NCBI RefSeq assembly: GCF_006345805.1
Contig: NC_043007.1
Span: 1,302,001 to 1,366,000 of the forward strand
Length of the DNA: 64,000 nt
DNA from: Octopus sinensis
Lineage: Eukaryota
Reading direction: 5' to 3'
The translations under genes and the position numbers were made by a program. Under the pieces are notes generated by a model that saw nothing but the letters and a program-made list of their open reading frames with translations, searched no databases and was not told the origin of the DNA. Positions 38,239 through 52,092 of the stretch are shown here, piece by piece (positions within the stretch are counted from its first letter, which is position 1; each line of letters starts with the position of its first letter).

Positions 38239-38364
38239 ATGTTTCACCAAGGACATTCTCACGCATTAGCCCCTATCTTGGCTAAAAAACTTCTGGACAC
38301 CTTACAAACAGATCTTCGGCAGTTGTCTTCTGAGGCCAAAAGAAAATTCCCCAGTGTTAAAGAG
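38239..38364 (+). CDS. MON2: MON2 homolog, coding exon 1 (MFHQGHSHALAPILAKKLLDTLQTDLRQLSSEAKRKFPSVKE)
   Basis: ATG at 38239 in accATG context; donor GTATTT at 38365; peptide resembles the metazoan MON2 N-terminus (KKLL..Q.DLR.LS.E.K.KFP.VKE, recalled). Acceptor tttcgttag ending 38170 implies this exon starts at 38171 with 5' UTR. Confidence 0.93.
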
Positions 38365-39679
38365 GTATTTATGTTTTCTTCCAGCCTTTTTTTTTTTTTG
38401 TTAATATAATCGATTGATATTTTTCTTTCTTTATTTTCCTTTTTGTTTTTCTTTTATAATTTTTCACCTACACTGATGTATATTTTTCATTCTCGATATG
38501 TTTTGGCAGATTCACATGGGAATAGTCTTAGTGCTGTTGTATTTCACCTTTAAAGAACAACTTTACCCTTCGTATGATGTGTGTTGACAGGACATGCGAT
38601 TCAGTGACATAGGGGTTTCTTTGAGACGCTGGTATTTTGACACCTTCATGTCTCTTCACTCAAAGCAAACTCCACCCCCCAGGAACCCTGGTCGTTCTTG
38701 TTTATAGAATTCAGTTAAAAGATTATTTGCTGACATACGATATCTGTTAAGTTGATGGTAAATTATGAGAAGCACAGAAAACAGCGAGAGTGAAAATGAT
38801 AATGTATTTATTTATTCTAAACATGTTCTGGCAGATTTAAACGGGAATATGCTTATGAAGAACAGCTTCTTGTAGACGATGTGTATTTAATTCTCTATTG
38901 CCCACAAGCGGCTAAACATAGAGGGGACAAACAATGACAGACAAAGGGACTAAGTCAATTACATCAACCCCAGTGCGTAACTGGTACTTATTTAATCGAC
39001 CCCGAAAGGATGAAAGGCAAAGTCAACCTTGGCGGAATTTGAACTCAGAACGTAGCAGCAGACGAAATACCTATTTCTTTACTACCCACAAGGGGCTAAA
39101 CACAGAGAGGACAAACAAGGACAGACAAACGGATTAAGTCGATTACATTGATCCCAGTGCACAATTCGCACTTATATTATCAATCCCGAAAGGATGAAAG
39201 GCAAAGTCGACCTCGGTGGAATTTGAACTCACAACATAATGGCAGACTAAATACCACTAAGCATTTTTGCCTGGTGTGCTAACGATTCTGCCAGCTCGCC
39301 ACCTTTTAGATGATGTGTATTGACAACACACATGACTTAGTGACATAAGGGGACACTGAAGAGAGCCCCATAACACAGGTGTTTGAGGAAAGCAACTACA
39401 AGAGTAGAAACGCTTCTTACAAAAGGGGCTCAAAACTTGTGAAAGAATGAGGATTAGTAGAAAGGTGAGTGACTGGATTAGTAACCTTTAGAGGAGGATT
39501 AGGACACGAAAGTGCAACAGGACAGTGGCCGTGGAATTATTTACAAAACAGAAATAAATAAGCCATGTCCTGGTGATGTGAAGGGGTTTGAAGTTTGAAA
39601 GAGAGTATATCGGTGAGAACCCGTGCTAGCGCGGAAAACGGACGTTAAACGATGATGATGATGATGATGATGTACAAGA

Positions 39680-40200
39680 GAAAAAGTTTGGTAGAGCGAC
39701 AGTCATAGAAGTGTTTATGGAATAAAAATAATGAAGCAGTGACTGTGTGATGAGAAGGATGGAACCATGTCTCTCTCTCATCCTGGTGATCAGAGAAGGG
39801 TTGAGGATTAGTTTTAAAGAAGAAATACAAAGAAAGATACAGGCTCTGGAAATGGAATGTCACCACAAAATCTTAGACTTCTCATTCTTGCATCGCATCA
39901 CAAACGAGCAATTTTGCAAAACCATTCAGCATCTTATTGAAGGAAAGAAAACTGAGATGGTGTGGCCATCTCAGTGGCCACCGAAATGGCCACTGGAGTG
40001 GCCACTGAGATGGCCACTAACTCCACTGGTCTTGTATGGACTAATCTTCCAGGAACCTTAAAGAGGGAAAGGAGAAGAGGTGGACAGAGAAAAAGATGGT
40101 TGGCTATCATCAAGAAATGGATACAAAAATACTAGTAAAGAACCAGGCTCTGGCACCCAACCATGACAGTCCTTGCTGAACTAAGCCAAGCAAGGATATT
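39680..40200 (+). mobile_element. Decayed RTE (BovB-like) LINE 3' fragment
   Basis: KIQALEMECHHKILDFSFLHRITNE and later K.KRRRGQRKRW-type motifs across frames. Confidence 0.65.
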
Positions 40201-40448
40201 TGGTGTTTAAGATTTAGCTTGTATTTTATAGTTATTTTGATTTGTATTTCATATTGTAAAAATTATTCTTTGTTTATTACATCCATTAAATACATGGGTT
40301 TCAAATTTTGGCACAAGGCCAGTAATTAATGGGGAGCGGGTTAAGTTGATTACATTTTATTGACTCCAAAAGGATGAAAGGCAAAGTCAACCATGGCAGA
40401 ATTTGAACTCAGAACATAAAGACAAGATGAAATGCTGCTAAGCATTTT

Positions 40449-40742
40449 GCCAGGTGTGGTAACAATTCTGCCAGGTGTGGTAACGATTCTGCCAGGTGTG
40501 CTAACGATTCGGCTAGGTGGGGTAATGATTCTGCCAGGTGTGGTAACGATTCGGCCAGGTGTGCTAACGATTCTGCCAGTTGTGGTAACGATTCTGCCAG
40601 GTGTGCTAACAATTCTGCCAGGTGTGCTAACGATTCTGCCAGGTGTGCTAACAATTCTGCCAGGTGTGCTAACGATTCTGCCAGGTGTGCTAACGATTCT
40701 ACCAGGTGTGCTAACGATTCTGTTAGGTGTGCTAACGGTTCC
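40449..40742. repeat. 21-bp minisatellite, 14 units, derived from a SINE head
   Basis: Unit GCCAGGTGTGCTAACGATTCT, embedded in a family-B SINE on the minus strand. Confidence 0.92.
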
Positions 40743-40943
40743 GCCAGCTCACCACCTTAAATACATTATGTGCATTTTGCTTATGTGCATACATGCATTA
40801 ATACTCTCTTTCATTTATATACATTTGCTTATGCACAGTCATATATTTAGAGAGCTACAAAATATGTATATATAATCTCTCGTTTTTATTATACAACCTT
40901 TCATTACAGTCATTTTCCTTTTCTAATTAATATTTTCTCTTAG

Positions 40944-41010
40944 CATTCTGAGACTGCTCTCCTTAAAGTTCGAACTATTGTCAATCGGAATGAAAATGAA
41001 ATCATCCCAG
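40944..41010 (+). CDS. MON2: MON2 coding exon 2 (HSETALLKVRTIVNRNENEIIP+G)
   Basis: Acceptor ttttctcttag, donor GTAAGC; 67 nt, phase 0 to 1; joins exons 1 and 3 in frame. Confidence 0.9.
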
Positions 41011-41908
41011 GTAAGCAGTTTTAAACACTGATCCCTTGAATTGCTCCTTGTAAATTAAATGCACACTTTTCTTGCACATATATGTGCATCTCATTGTTAC
41101 TTGGTGCTAGCTTTGCAGCTGAGATTCAGACTGAACAAAAGGAAATTATTATCAATGGCTTTTACTTTGTTAATACTATCTTTCAGTCACAAATCTTGTC
41201 GGAAGCCTCTGCCCTACACACACATACACACACACACACACTCACACACACACACACACACATGCGCGTATATTTTTTTATTGTTTTACTTGTTTCAGTC
41301 ATTTGACTGTGGCCATGCTGGAGCACTGCCTTTAGTCGAACAAATCAACTCCCAGGACTTATTCTTTGTAAGCCTAGTACTTATTCTATCGGTTCTCTTT
41401 AAGCCGAACTGCTAAGTTACTGGGATGTAAACACACCAATATCGGTTATCAAGTGATGATCGGGGGGACAAACACAGACACACAAATACATACATACATA
41501 TATATATGATGGGCTTCTTTCAGTTTCCATCTACCAAATCCACTCATGAGGCTATAGTAGAAGACACTTGCTGAAGGTGCCATACATTGGGACTGAACCT
41601 GGAACCATGTGTGTGTACATACACACACACACAGACTCACACATCATGTGATCACATGTGATTGACCAGACTATTGGATGCTGTTAGATATTACCTGCTG
41701 CAATTTGCTTTGCATTATTTCAGCCTTTGAAATATGCCACTCTGCTGGCCAGGTGGGCAGGCCAACAGGGAGCTGGTCCATCGCAGGGTCACCCTTTTAA
41801 AGTTGAGTGAACTGCAGCTACATGATCCGCAATGGAGCCCCAGTAATCTATTACAGCACTTACCTAGCATACCTAATCGTTTAGATCACCTGTGAACTAA
41901 ACCCCCAT

Positions 41909-41944
<36 letters not shown>

Positions 41945-42384
41945 ACCACTCATACTGGTACCAATGTTAAATGCACCTGGTACACTCTGTGATGTAGTCT
42001 GTGTTAGAAAAAGGGCATCCAATCATAGAAAGCCTGCCAGAACAGACAATGGAACCTGGTGTAGCCCCTGGTCTTACCAGGTCCGGTCAAACCATCCAAC
42101 CCATGCCAGCTTGGAAAATAGACATTAGATGATGATGATGTTTATGCGTCATCATCATTGTTTAGCGTCTGCTTTCCATGCTGTCATGGGTTGGACGGTT
42201 TGACTGAAAACTGGCAAGCTGGGGAGCTGCACCAGGATTCAGTCTGACTCTGGATTGGTTTCTACAGCTGGATGCCCTTCCTAACATCAACCACTCCAAG
42301 AGTGTAGTGGGTTCCTTTCATGTGTCACAAGTACAGGTGCTTCTACATGTCACCAACATGAGTGCTTTTATGTGTCACCAGCAC

Positions 42385-43055
42385 CAGCCATAGCTATGTA
42401 GGTCTTTACCTCAATGAGGCCAAAACTGAATACATAAACAAGTGCCTGTCCAACAGTGATTGCATCATCCATACTCTCAACAATGCACCCTTAAATATGG
42501 TTTCTGATTACAAATATCTTGGGTCATACATATCATCATCTGGAAAAGACTTTCTAACTGGTCATCCTGTAATGACATGCATAAGATCTGGTCATCAAAT
42601 CTAAGTAGAGACTTCAAACTTGAAATCTTCAAAGCCACAGCCGAACCAATCCTACTAAATGGCTCAGAAACCTGGACGTTATCAAAGAAGCTTGAGAGGC
42701 GGTTGGATGGAACCTACACTCGCCTCCTTATGAGAGCTCAAAATCTCTTGTGGAAGTGCCATCAACCAAAATGCAAATATATGGAAACTACCACCTGTGT
42801 CATCTCCTGTGAAAGGTAGGAGCGTCCAGTTTGCTGGACATTGTTGTAGAGCTGAAAAAGAAGTAATTTCTACTCTTCTCTGGAAGCCATCTACTCGCGA
42901 TACCAGAGGGCACACACTCTCCTACCCTGATGTTATCTCCAGGGATACAGGCATCCAGCAACAGGACCTCCGTAATGCCATGATGGACTGTGAAGTCTGG
43001 CGTAGCATGGTAAATCCCATTGTCTTGACCACGGTCGAACAATGATGATGATGAT
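42385..43055 (+). mobile_element. RTE-clade LINE 3' fragment with (TGA)n tail
   Basis: LYLNEAKTEY...YKYLGSYI...NGSETWTL...QFAGHC...W, frameshifted; shorter copy of the same 3' end at about 49620-49925. Confidence 0.85.
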
Positions 43056-43264
43056 AGCTATGATTTTACTTGGGGGCATCAATACAGTTTCTATCACGAG
43101 ACATTGGTCAGCCTGAGGCTATAATTGAAGACATGTGTCCAAGATGCCACACGGTGAGACCAAGTCTGAAACCATAGAGTTGCCAAGCAAACTTTGTAAC
43201 CTCACAACTTTACATCTTTTGAAACTTATCCAAGGTGTTTTGCGTTTTACCATTCCTTTTGCAG

Positions 43265-43392
43265 GTTTACAATCTGTCAGTACAGATTTGGTGCGGCCAT
43301 TTATTATGGGATGTGAAACAAAGCATTCAAAGCTAGTGCAGATTGGATTGTCTTCTATACAAAAACTAATTTCTCATGAGGTTGTCGCTCAG
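43265..43392 (+). CDS. MON2: MON2 coding exon 3 (GLQSVSTDLVRPFIMGCETKHSKLVQIGLSSIQKLISHEVVAQ)
   Basis: Acceptor cctttgcag-type tract ending 43264, donor GTAAGT; 128 nt; PF.MGC.TK..K..Q.....IQ.L.SHEVV motif of the MON2/Sec7-like DCB region. Confidence 0.95.
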
Positions 43393-44516
43393 GTAAGTTT
43401 AATGATCTTCTATTATTTTCCTTTGTTATCGCTAACATAAATTTGTTTATATGTTACCATAAGTCTTAAGAGAACCCCCTGACATGTTCTTTATTTGGAG
43501 TCAGTGGTCAGAGTGGAAAATAATACTTTTTTATACTGCTCATTCCTGATCCTTTCTCTCTCTGGCCAGGTAACCCTGTACTTCCTCTACAGCAAGGCAC
43601 CTGTATCTGTCTCATTATAACCTTTACATCATCACCTCCTCCAATGCCTCTTCCCCTCTTAAAGTTTTTGTCTTGCGAGTACTTGGTGACCCTGTCAGTG
43701 CAGGTGCCACTTAAAAGAACTCAGTCCACATTGTAAAGTGGTTGGTGTTCAGAAAGGCATCCAGCTGTAAAAATCCTGATAAAACAGTCATGGAAGTCTG
43801 GTGCAGGCTTTGGCCTGGCTGGCTCTTGTGGCACCGTCCCACCCATGCTAGGGATGTTAAAAGATGATGATGATGATGACTGTAGTATGTGTGTGTTTAT
43901 GTTTTACTGTTATTCCTGAGAAAAACCCGTGGCATTCTCTTTTGTGCTTTCCTATTAATTCAAATTTATGTTGTTGCTTTGCGTTTGTTTCTGTTCATTT
44001 TGAAAAGAAAGAACAGTTTAGTGAAATAACTTTGTCATTATTAAGTTGATAATTGGAACAAATTAGCATGAAATTTTGATGGAAGATTTTAATTAAAGTC
44101 AATTTATCCAAATGACTGAAACAAGTAAAAGAATCATTATATTACCTTTTAAAGATATTTCTACAGATTTTCTATAGAAATTAGAGTCAGCACTGAAAGT
44201 TGTGATGTTTTGTATATGAATATGTCCATGTAAACAATGCAATCAATGACAAATATAAGTAATTGGTGTATATCCACATTTCAGGAATTTTTGCTTCTTC
44301 ATCAGTACCACATCCTCCCCAACAACCATCCACTAACATCTTACTTAAATAGCTACTGAATATAGTGGTGTAACACAATTAGACATTCCAATTTTATATA
44401 TTAGCGCATAAAGATAGATTATCTCTTGCGGTACCGAGAATGGTTAATTACAACAATGTCTTTCAACAGTATTTTAATGAAAAATAAAATGTTTTTTTAT
44501 TTGATCTCGATTCTAG

Positions 44517-44648
44517 CCTGCAGCAGAAAGCATCATTAATATGCTTTGGTTACTGATGGAGACTGGAACCGAAGAATTAAAAGTTCTACAGACAGCTCTG
44601 CTTCTTATTACCACCAATTCAGTTGTTCAACACGATCATTTAGCAAAG
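44517..44648 (+). CDS. MON2: MON2 coding exon 4 (PAAESIINMLWLLMETGTEELKVLQTALLLITTNSVVQHDHLAK)
   Basis: Acceptor attctag, donor GTAAAA; 132 nt; IINMLW.LME...EELK.LQT motif. Confidence 0.95.
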
Positions 44649-44706
44649 GTAAAAAAACTTTCTCGTTGCTTCTATAAAAGTTTTGTTGCTGATTTATTAT
44701 TTACTA

Positions 44707-45131
44707 CTAGCACTATGACCCAGCAATGGTGTATATCCATATTTCAGGAATTTTTGCTTCTTCTTCAGTACCACATCCTCCCCGGTCATACTGCTAGTGC
44801 ATGCATATACAGCTGCGTGCGTGCACACATACACGAGAGTTCTGTCCAAATCTCCGACCAATCACATACAGCTAGCTGGCATTCAATTGGCGTATCAAGT
44901 TTCAGGCATTTTGATTGGGTTTTGGTTAGAAAATTCACAAAAATGTCACTTCTATTGATTTTTTAATGGCTTTGCGGGTGACTGGGGAAATGTAAAGATG
45001 TGCACGACCACCCTTGGACGGTTTTGAATGACCATAGAAAGTGCGAGCCCTCTAACTGAAAAATTGTGGATTTGTATAAAGGATATACACACACACACAG
45101 ACAGACATTCTGCCGTTTATATATATAGAGA
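44707..45131 (-). mobile_element. Non-autonomous Helitron, second family
   Basis: Minus strand A|TCTCTATATATATAAACGGCAG ... GGGTCATAGTGCTAG|T. Confidence 0.75.
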
Positions 45132-46341
45132 TTAAGAGAGCAGGTCCATACACAGTACATACACTGTTTTAGACCTTTCTACACTGAGGTGTTACTGTAA
45201 GTGGGGCATGATTTAGTAAAATTAACATAAAGGGTACAGACATAACCATGGACATAACCAAGGGCATAGCTAGGGTAAATGGCACCCAGGACAAGTATCA
45301 AAATGGCACCCTCCACCATCACCACCGTGGAGGCGCAATGGCCCAATGGTTAGGGCAGCTGACTCGCGGTTGGAGGATCGCAGTTTCAATTCCCAGACCA
45401 AGCATTGTGTGTGTTTATTGAGCGAAAAACACCTAAAGCTCCACGAGGCTCCGGCAGGGGGTGGTGGTGATCCCTGCTGTACTCTTTCGCTCCAACTTTC
45501 TCTCACTCTTTCTTCCTGTTTCTTGTCCCCGATTTCCTACGCAACCGCTGAGCCTGGATGCACATTCATCCATCCGTCGATGGTCATGGTGTCGTGGGTT
45601 GACCTGCTTTCTCTTCTGCGGGTCTCATGGATAGCAAAGGACCACGTTTCGGACTTCTCCCATCTTGCGAGCTCTGGGACGAAGACCGTTCACTCAACAG
45701 CAACAGCAACCACCACCACCAACCAAAAGGTGGAAACTAATAAAAAAAAAAATGAATAACGAAGGAATGAAGGCGTAAGAAGGCTGTGTGGTAAGTAGCT
45801 TGCTTACGAACCACATGGTTCCGTGTTCAGCCCCACTGCGTGGAACCTTGGGCAAATGTCTTCTATGATAGCCTCGGGTTGACCAAAGCCTTGTGAGTGG
45901 ATTTGGTAGATGAGATCCATCCATGCAGTAATTGTGTTATGTCCATCTCATCATTTTTTCCCAACCCTAGTGTATCTTGGACAACATGATTGAATGTGTT
46001 CTGTTTTTTTTTTTTGATGTCAAGATGATCTGAGTGATTTGAGAGATTTAGTTACTATTTCCAGCAGGTCAAGTGATCTCATAGAAGCTCTTGATTTTGG
46101 CAGAGAGATGTTTTATTGGCAATACATCAATCATTGATCAGTTGATCTCTATCTTACAATGCTGCTGTATTTTTACCAAGTCACCACCTCCCCCCTTCTG
46201 CCAACTCCCCAGATCAATAAATTAACAATGGCCTGGTGTAAATAATCAAAGGCTGGCTTGTTTAATTGGTACCTCCCATGCTGTTTGCATTCCTAATCAT
46301 AGCTATTCACTACCACGTATGTTTTGTGTGTATATATGATG

Positions 46342-46393
<52 letters not shown>

Positions 46394-46394
46394 T

Positions 46395-46435
<41 letters not shown>

Positions 46436-46470
46436 CATATGTGCCTGTGCATTGTATAAATTTAAGTTTC

Positions 46471-46547
<77 letters not shown>

Positions 46548-47785
46548 GTATGTCTATACCATTTAGTAACTTGTATCAACTCAAAATAGAAACATTAATA
46601 GGAAAAACGATAAACCATTGAAAAGTAAGCAAAACAAAGGAAACCCTTCTGTGATAATTGTTCTGCCTGTATTGCCTAGATACTCCCTCGACTCTCTCAC
46701 TACTGTAAAAGCAGTGAACCACTAAACGGCCTGTTTGAAACTTGCAACCAAAGATGTGGAAGCAGTACTCCATTGTGGACATAGCAACAGCACTGTTCCA
46801 GATACATTTCAGTAATATCTTGATAGAAACGGCAGTCAAATCTTCCTTAAATCACATGCTTCTATCTTGAAGTAGGAAGGACATGACACATTGGACGATA
46901 TATGGTAGATAATCATGATTGTTTTCGTGAACCCTAGGACTACTAAGGCTGGAGCTTAAGCTGGTTTTATGGTGTGTAAGTGATTGGATCACAACACTCC
47001 CCTCACTGGATAGGATTCCAGTCCATCGCAGAGTTAACTTCCTGGTTATTTTGGCACTAGGTCAGCAATTTCAGAGTAGTGTGTATATTGATTACATCAA
47101 CTGCTACTCATTTTAATGATCCTGAAAGGAGGATAGCCAAGTCAACCTCGGAGAAGTTTAAACCCAGGGCGATGCCAGTGGCTCCCGACTGGCTCCTGTG
47201 CCAGTGGCATGTAAAAAGCACTATCCGAATGTGGTCGGTGCCAGTGCTGCCTGACTGGCTCCCATGCCAGTGACATGTAAAAAGCACCATCCAAACGTGG
47301 TCGATGCCAGGCCCACCTGACTGGCTTCTGTGCCAGTGGCATGTAAAAAAAGCACCATCTGAATATGGTCGATGCCAGTGTCGCCTGACTGGCCCCCATG
47401 CTGGTGGAATGTAAAAAGCACCAACTACACTCTTGGAGTGGTTGGCGTTAGGAAGGGCATCCAGTTGTAGTAACCTTGCCAGATGAGATTGGATCTTGGT
47501 GCAATGGATTGGAGCCTGGTCCAATGTGCTAATGGTTCTGCTAGCTCACCATCTTTTGTTTCTGATTTTGGTACAAGGCCAGCAGTCTTGAGAAGAGAAG
47601 TCAATCAATTACATCAACCCCTGGACTTGGTACCTTATTTTTTTTATGACTCACCCCAGAAGGGTTAGAGGCAAGACATGAACCCAGAAGTCAAAGAATT
47701 GGAACAAATACCGCAAAGCATTCTTTTCGGACCCTCAAGCAATGATTCTTGCAGTCCCCTAACTTCTGTTTTCTCTCTTTTGCAG

Positions 47786-47918
47786 GCCCTTGTGTTGTGT
47801 TTCCGACTACATTTCACCAAAGACAGTACAACCATAAATACTGCTGCAGCCACCATCAAACAACTGGTCAACGTTGTGTTTGAGAGAGTGGTCATTGAGG
47901 ATAACCAGTCCACCAAAG
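47786..47918 (+). CDS. MON2: MON2 coding exon 5 ([44 protein letters not shown]+G)
   Basis: Acceptor ctcttttgcag, donor GTGATT; 133 nt; [10 protein letters not shown]....NTAAAT..Q.V..VFER motif. Confidence 0.95.
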
Positions 47919-50900
47919 GTGATTATCGTTTCTACTTTTACGCATTTACATGTCTTAGCCATTTGACTGTGGCACTTGTTTTTTTTTTCTGTTTTCTTTT
48001 TCTATCAGTCTCTTTTGCCAAACTGCTAAGTTGAAGGGGAGGTAAACAATCCAATATTGGTTTCCAAGCACAGTGGGACACACACACACACACAAATACA
48101 ACCCAAACACACACACACACACATATATGGTTGGGAAGCAAGGTTCTTAACCACACAGCCACACCCATGCTTATTATTTTCTCCTTTTGTTGCTGCTGTT
48201 TGTTTGTTTGTTGAGCAAAGCGGTCTTTGTCCCAATAGTGGGAGAAGTCCGAACCGTGGTACTTTGCTATTCGTAAGACCCGCAGAAGAGAAAGCAGGTC
48301 AACCCCCAACACCGAGACATTGACGGATGGATGAATGCGCATCCAGGCTCAGTGGTTGTGTAGGATGTCGGGGACAAGAAACAGGGAGAAAGAGTGAGAG
48401 AATGTTGGAGCGAAAGAGTACAACAGGGGTCGCCACCACCTCCTGCCGGAGTCTCGTGGAGCTTTAGGTGTTTTCGCTCAATAAACACATGCAACGCTTG
48501 GTCTGGGAATCGAAACCACGATCCTCCAACCGTGAGTCTGCTGCCCTAACCACTGGGCCATTGCGCCTCCACTCTGTTGCTGCTGCTGCTGGTGAGTGAA
48601 ACAATCGATGTTGGTAACACAACAAATACCACCCAGAACATTGTGTAAAGTGGATGGCAAACGAAGAGAGAATGCATTGGGTTCTGGGGTCCCTTTATTC
48701 AGCATCTTTAATGTTGGTACGAAAACAAGCAGAAAAAAATGCATCCAGTACACTCTAATGTGGTTGGCAATAGAATGAAAACCCAGCCATTGAAACAGAG
48801 GTGAATGACATCTTATTCTAATAGCTGGGGAAAAGATGGGGCAGCCAGCATCTGTGGCCCTTTTCAGAGTCTCTGGGATTGGTGTGAGGAAGAAGTTGGG
48901 GGACATGGCCCAGATACTTGCAACACAGAGTTTAAATGTGTGATGGATCTTGTCTATTATTAAAAGGCATCAATGATTCCTGTGATGGGCTTCCTCACAG
49001 TTTCCACCTACTTAGTTTTGTTCAGAAGACTTTGGTTAAACCATGGTTATGGTGGAAAACATTTAGCTAGGGTGCTGTCACAAACTGGGATCAAACATCA
49101 TCATCATCGTTTAACGTCTGTTTTCCATGCTAGCATGGGTTGGACGGTTTGACCAGGGTCTGGGAAGCCAGGAGGATGCACCAGGCTCCAGTCTGATCTG
49201 GCAGTGTTTCTACAGCTGGATGCCCTTCCAAACATCAACCACTCCGTGAATGTAGTGGGTGAATTTTACGTGCCAACGGCACAGGGGCTAGAGGAGGCTG
49301 GCAACGGCCACGATTCATTGGTGCTTTTTACGTGCCACTGGCATGAGTTGGTGGGGTCAGTATGGTTTGAGTTGTTTCATATTGGGAGCCACTACTCCCA
49401 TAGAGCGGTGCTCATATGTGTTACTTGATTTTGTTTGTATGGCTGGATGCCCTTCCTGCTGCTAACCTATACTACTGAATGCTTAGGGTGCAGTTTATTA
49501 TGTGTCACCAACACTAGAGAAGTTGAATACAGTGGCCCTAGAATCCTATGCATTTTCTGTTCATTTGACAACCACTTTACAGAGCATACAGGGTGGATGT
49601 TGTGTCACTCATCAACAGCAATAACCATAACAACCAAAGTACAAATATATGGGAAATTTCCACCTGTATCATCTCTCGTGAAAGGTTGAAGAGTCCAGTT
49701 TGTTGGACATTGTTGTAGAGCTGAAAACGAGATGATTTCTACTCTTCTCCTCTGGAAGCCTTCTGCTCGTGATACCAGAGGGTGCACACTCTCCTACCCT
49801 GATGTAATCTCCAGGGATACAGGCATCCAGCAACAGGACCTCCGTAATGCCATGATGGACCGTGAAGTCTGGTGTAGCATGGTAAATTCCATTGTCTCAA
49901 CCACGGTCGAACAATGATGATGATGACAACTTGTTCTAATAACTGACACAAGCCAACAAGCCAGCCTCTACATGGACACTTGTTCTGTTAGAAATAGCAG
50001 TTAGATCTTCCTCAGAATCCACCCTGGTCTCTTTATAAAAAGGACACACTAAGGTGGCGAGCTGGCAGAAATCTTAGCACGCTGGGCAAAATGCTTAGTG
50101 GTATTTCGTCTGCCACTGCATTCTGAGTTCAAATTCTGCTGAGGTCGACTTTACCTTTCATCCTTTTGGGGTCGATAAATTAAGCACCAGTGACGCACTG
50201 GGGTCGATGTAATTGACTTAATCCATTTGTCTGTACTTGTTTGTCCCTTCTATGTTTAGCCCCTTGTGGGTAGTAAAGAAATAGGTATTTTCTGCCAAGG
50301 TCGACTTTGCTTTTCGTCCTTTCGGGGTCAGTAAATTAAGTACCAGTTGCATACTGGGATTGATCTAATCAACTGGACCCCCGCCCCCCAAAAATTCCGG
50401 ACCTTGTGCCTAGAGTAGAAAAGAAAAGAATAAAAAGGACACACTGGAAAATGTAGTCATTTGGCATATACTCATTACCTATTTCTACAACCCAAAACGA
50501 TGGGATGGTCATGGCTGGAACCATTTTGATCATAGGTTTGCAGAGACTGGTCTGATGTGAAGCTAATCACAACTAGCAGTTGCTATAGAGACTCATTAAG
50601 ATTTTTTTTTTGTTACAAAATTGCCATCAATGTTAATGTACAGGGTGTGTCCTATAAATACCTGATAAACTGGGTCATGGAAGGGGATGGAGAGATTTGC
50701 GTATAAACATACGATAATGATGATGATGATGATGATGAGGCTGCTGCATTATTTAACAGTTAACAACACAAACACAATTATATATGCACACGCAAATGTA
50801 TATATTTGTGTGTGTGTGTGTATATGTATGTATGTATACACACACACATACATGAAGCTCAGACTTCGCTGTGTGATTAAAAAGCTAGCTCCCTAATTGT

Positions 50901-51910
50901 GTGGTATTAGGTTCTGCCTCGTTGTGTGGCACCTTGGGCAAGTGTCTTCTGATATTCCTTTGGCTGAAGGCGGTGAGCTGGCAGAAACGTTAGCATGCCG
51001 AGCGAAATGTTTAGCAGTATTTCGTCTGCCGTTACATTCTGAGTTCAAATTCTGCCGAGGTCGACTTTGCCTTTCATCCTTTCGTGGTCGATTAAATAAG
51101 TACCAGTTTACGCACTAGGGTCAATATAATCGAATTAATCTGTTTGTATGCCCTTGTTTATTCCCTCTATGTTTAGCCCCTTGTGGGTAGTAAAGAAATA
51201 AGAAACGTTAGCACACTGGGGGAAATGTTTAGCGGTATTTCATCTGTCTTTATGTTCTGAGTTCAAATTCCGCCGAGGTTGACTTTGCCTTTCATCCTTT
51301 CGGGATTGATAAATTAAGTACCAGTTGCATACTGGGGCCAATGTAATTGACTGAACCTCTCCCCCAAAATTTCGGGCCTTGTGCCTTGAATAGAAAACAA
51401 TATTCCTTTGGCTGATCTGAGCCTTACCAGTGGAATTGGCAGGTTTTTATTTACCTCTAACCTGTCTTGATATGGAAAAATATCTCACTTGGAACAGTTG
51501 GGGGTTGGCTACAGGAAGGGCTCTGGCCATAGAAAACCTGCCTCAAATTCTGCCTGACCCATGTGAGCCTGGAAAAATGGATGTTGACACACACACACGC
51601 ATAGACACGTAGCTCAGTGGTTAGTGTATTCATATGGTCATGAGTTTAATTCTCGGTGACGCGTTGTGTCCTTGAGCAAGACACTTTATTTCACATTCCC
51701 CCAGTCTGCTCAGCTGGCAAAAGTGGGTTGTACCTTTATTTCAAAGGGCCAGCCTTGTCACACTCTGTGTCATGCTGAATCCTCCTGAGAACTACATTTA
51801 GGGTATGCGTGTCTGTGGAGTACTCAACCACTTGCACGTTAATCTTATGAGCAAGCTGTTCTGTTGATTAGATCAACTGGAACCCTCGTTGTTGTAAGCG
51901 GCCGAGTGCC

Positions 51911-51975
<65 letters not shown>

Positions 51976-52036
51976 TATATAGATATATATATATATATAT
52001 ATAGATATATATATAGATATAGATATATATATATAT

Positions 52037-52092
<56 letters not shown>

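Noticed and set aside
38574-39363. Two paralogous units of about 55 nt (38574-38627, 39310-39363) with ATGATG...(C/T)TGA, C/D snoRNA-like
   Set aside because: C box imperfect, D box mutated in one copy, weak terminal stems, no rRNA complementarity recognised; more likely an old local duplication.
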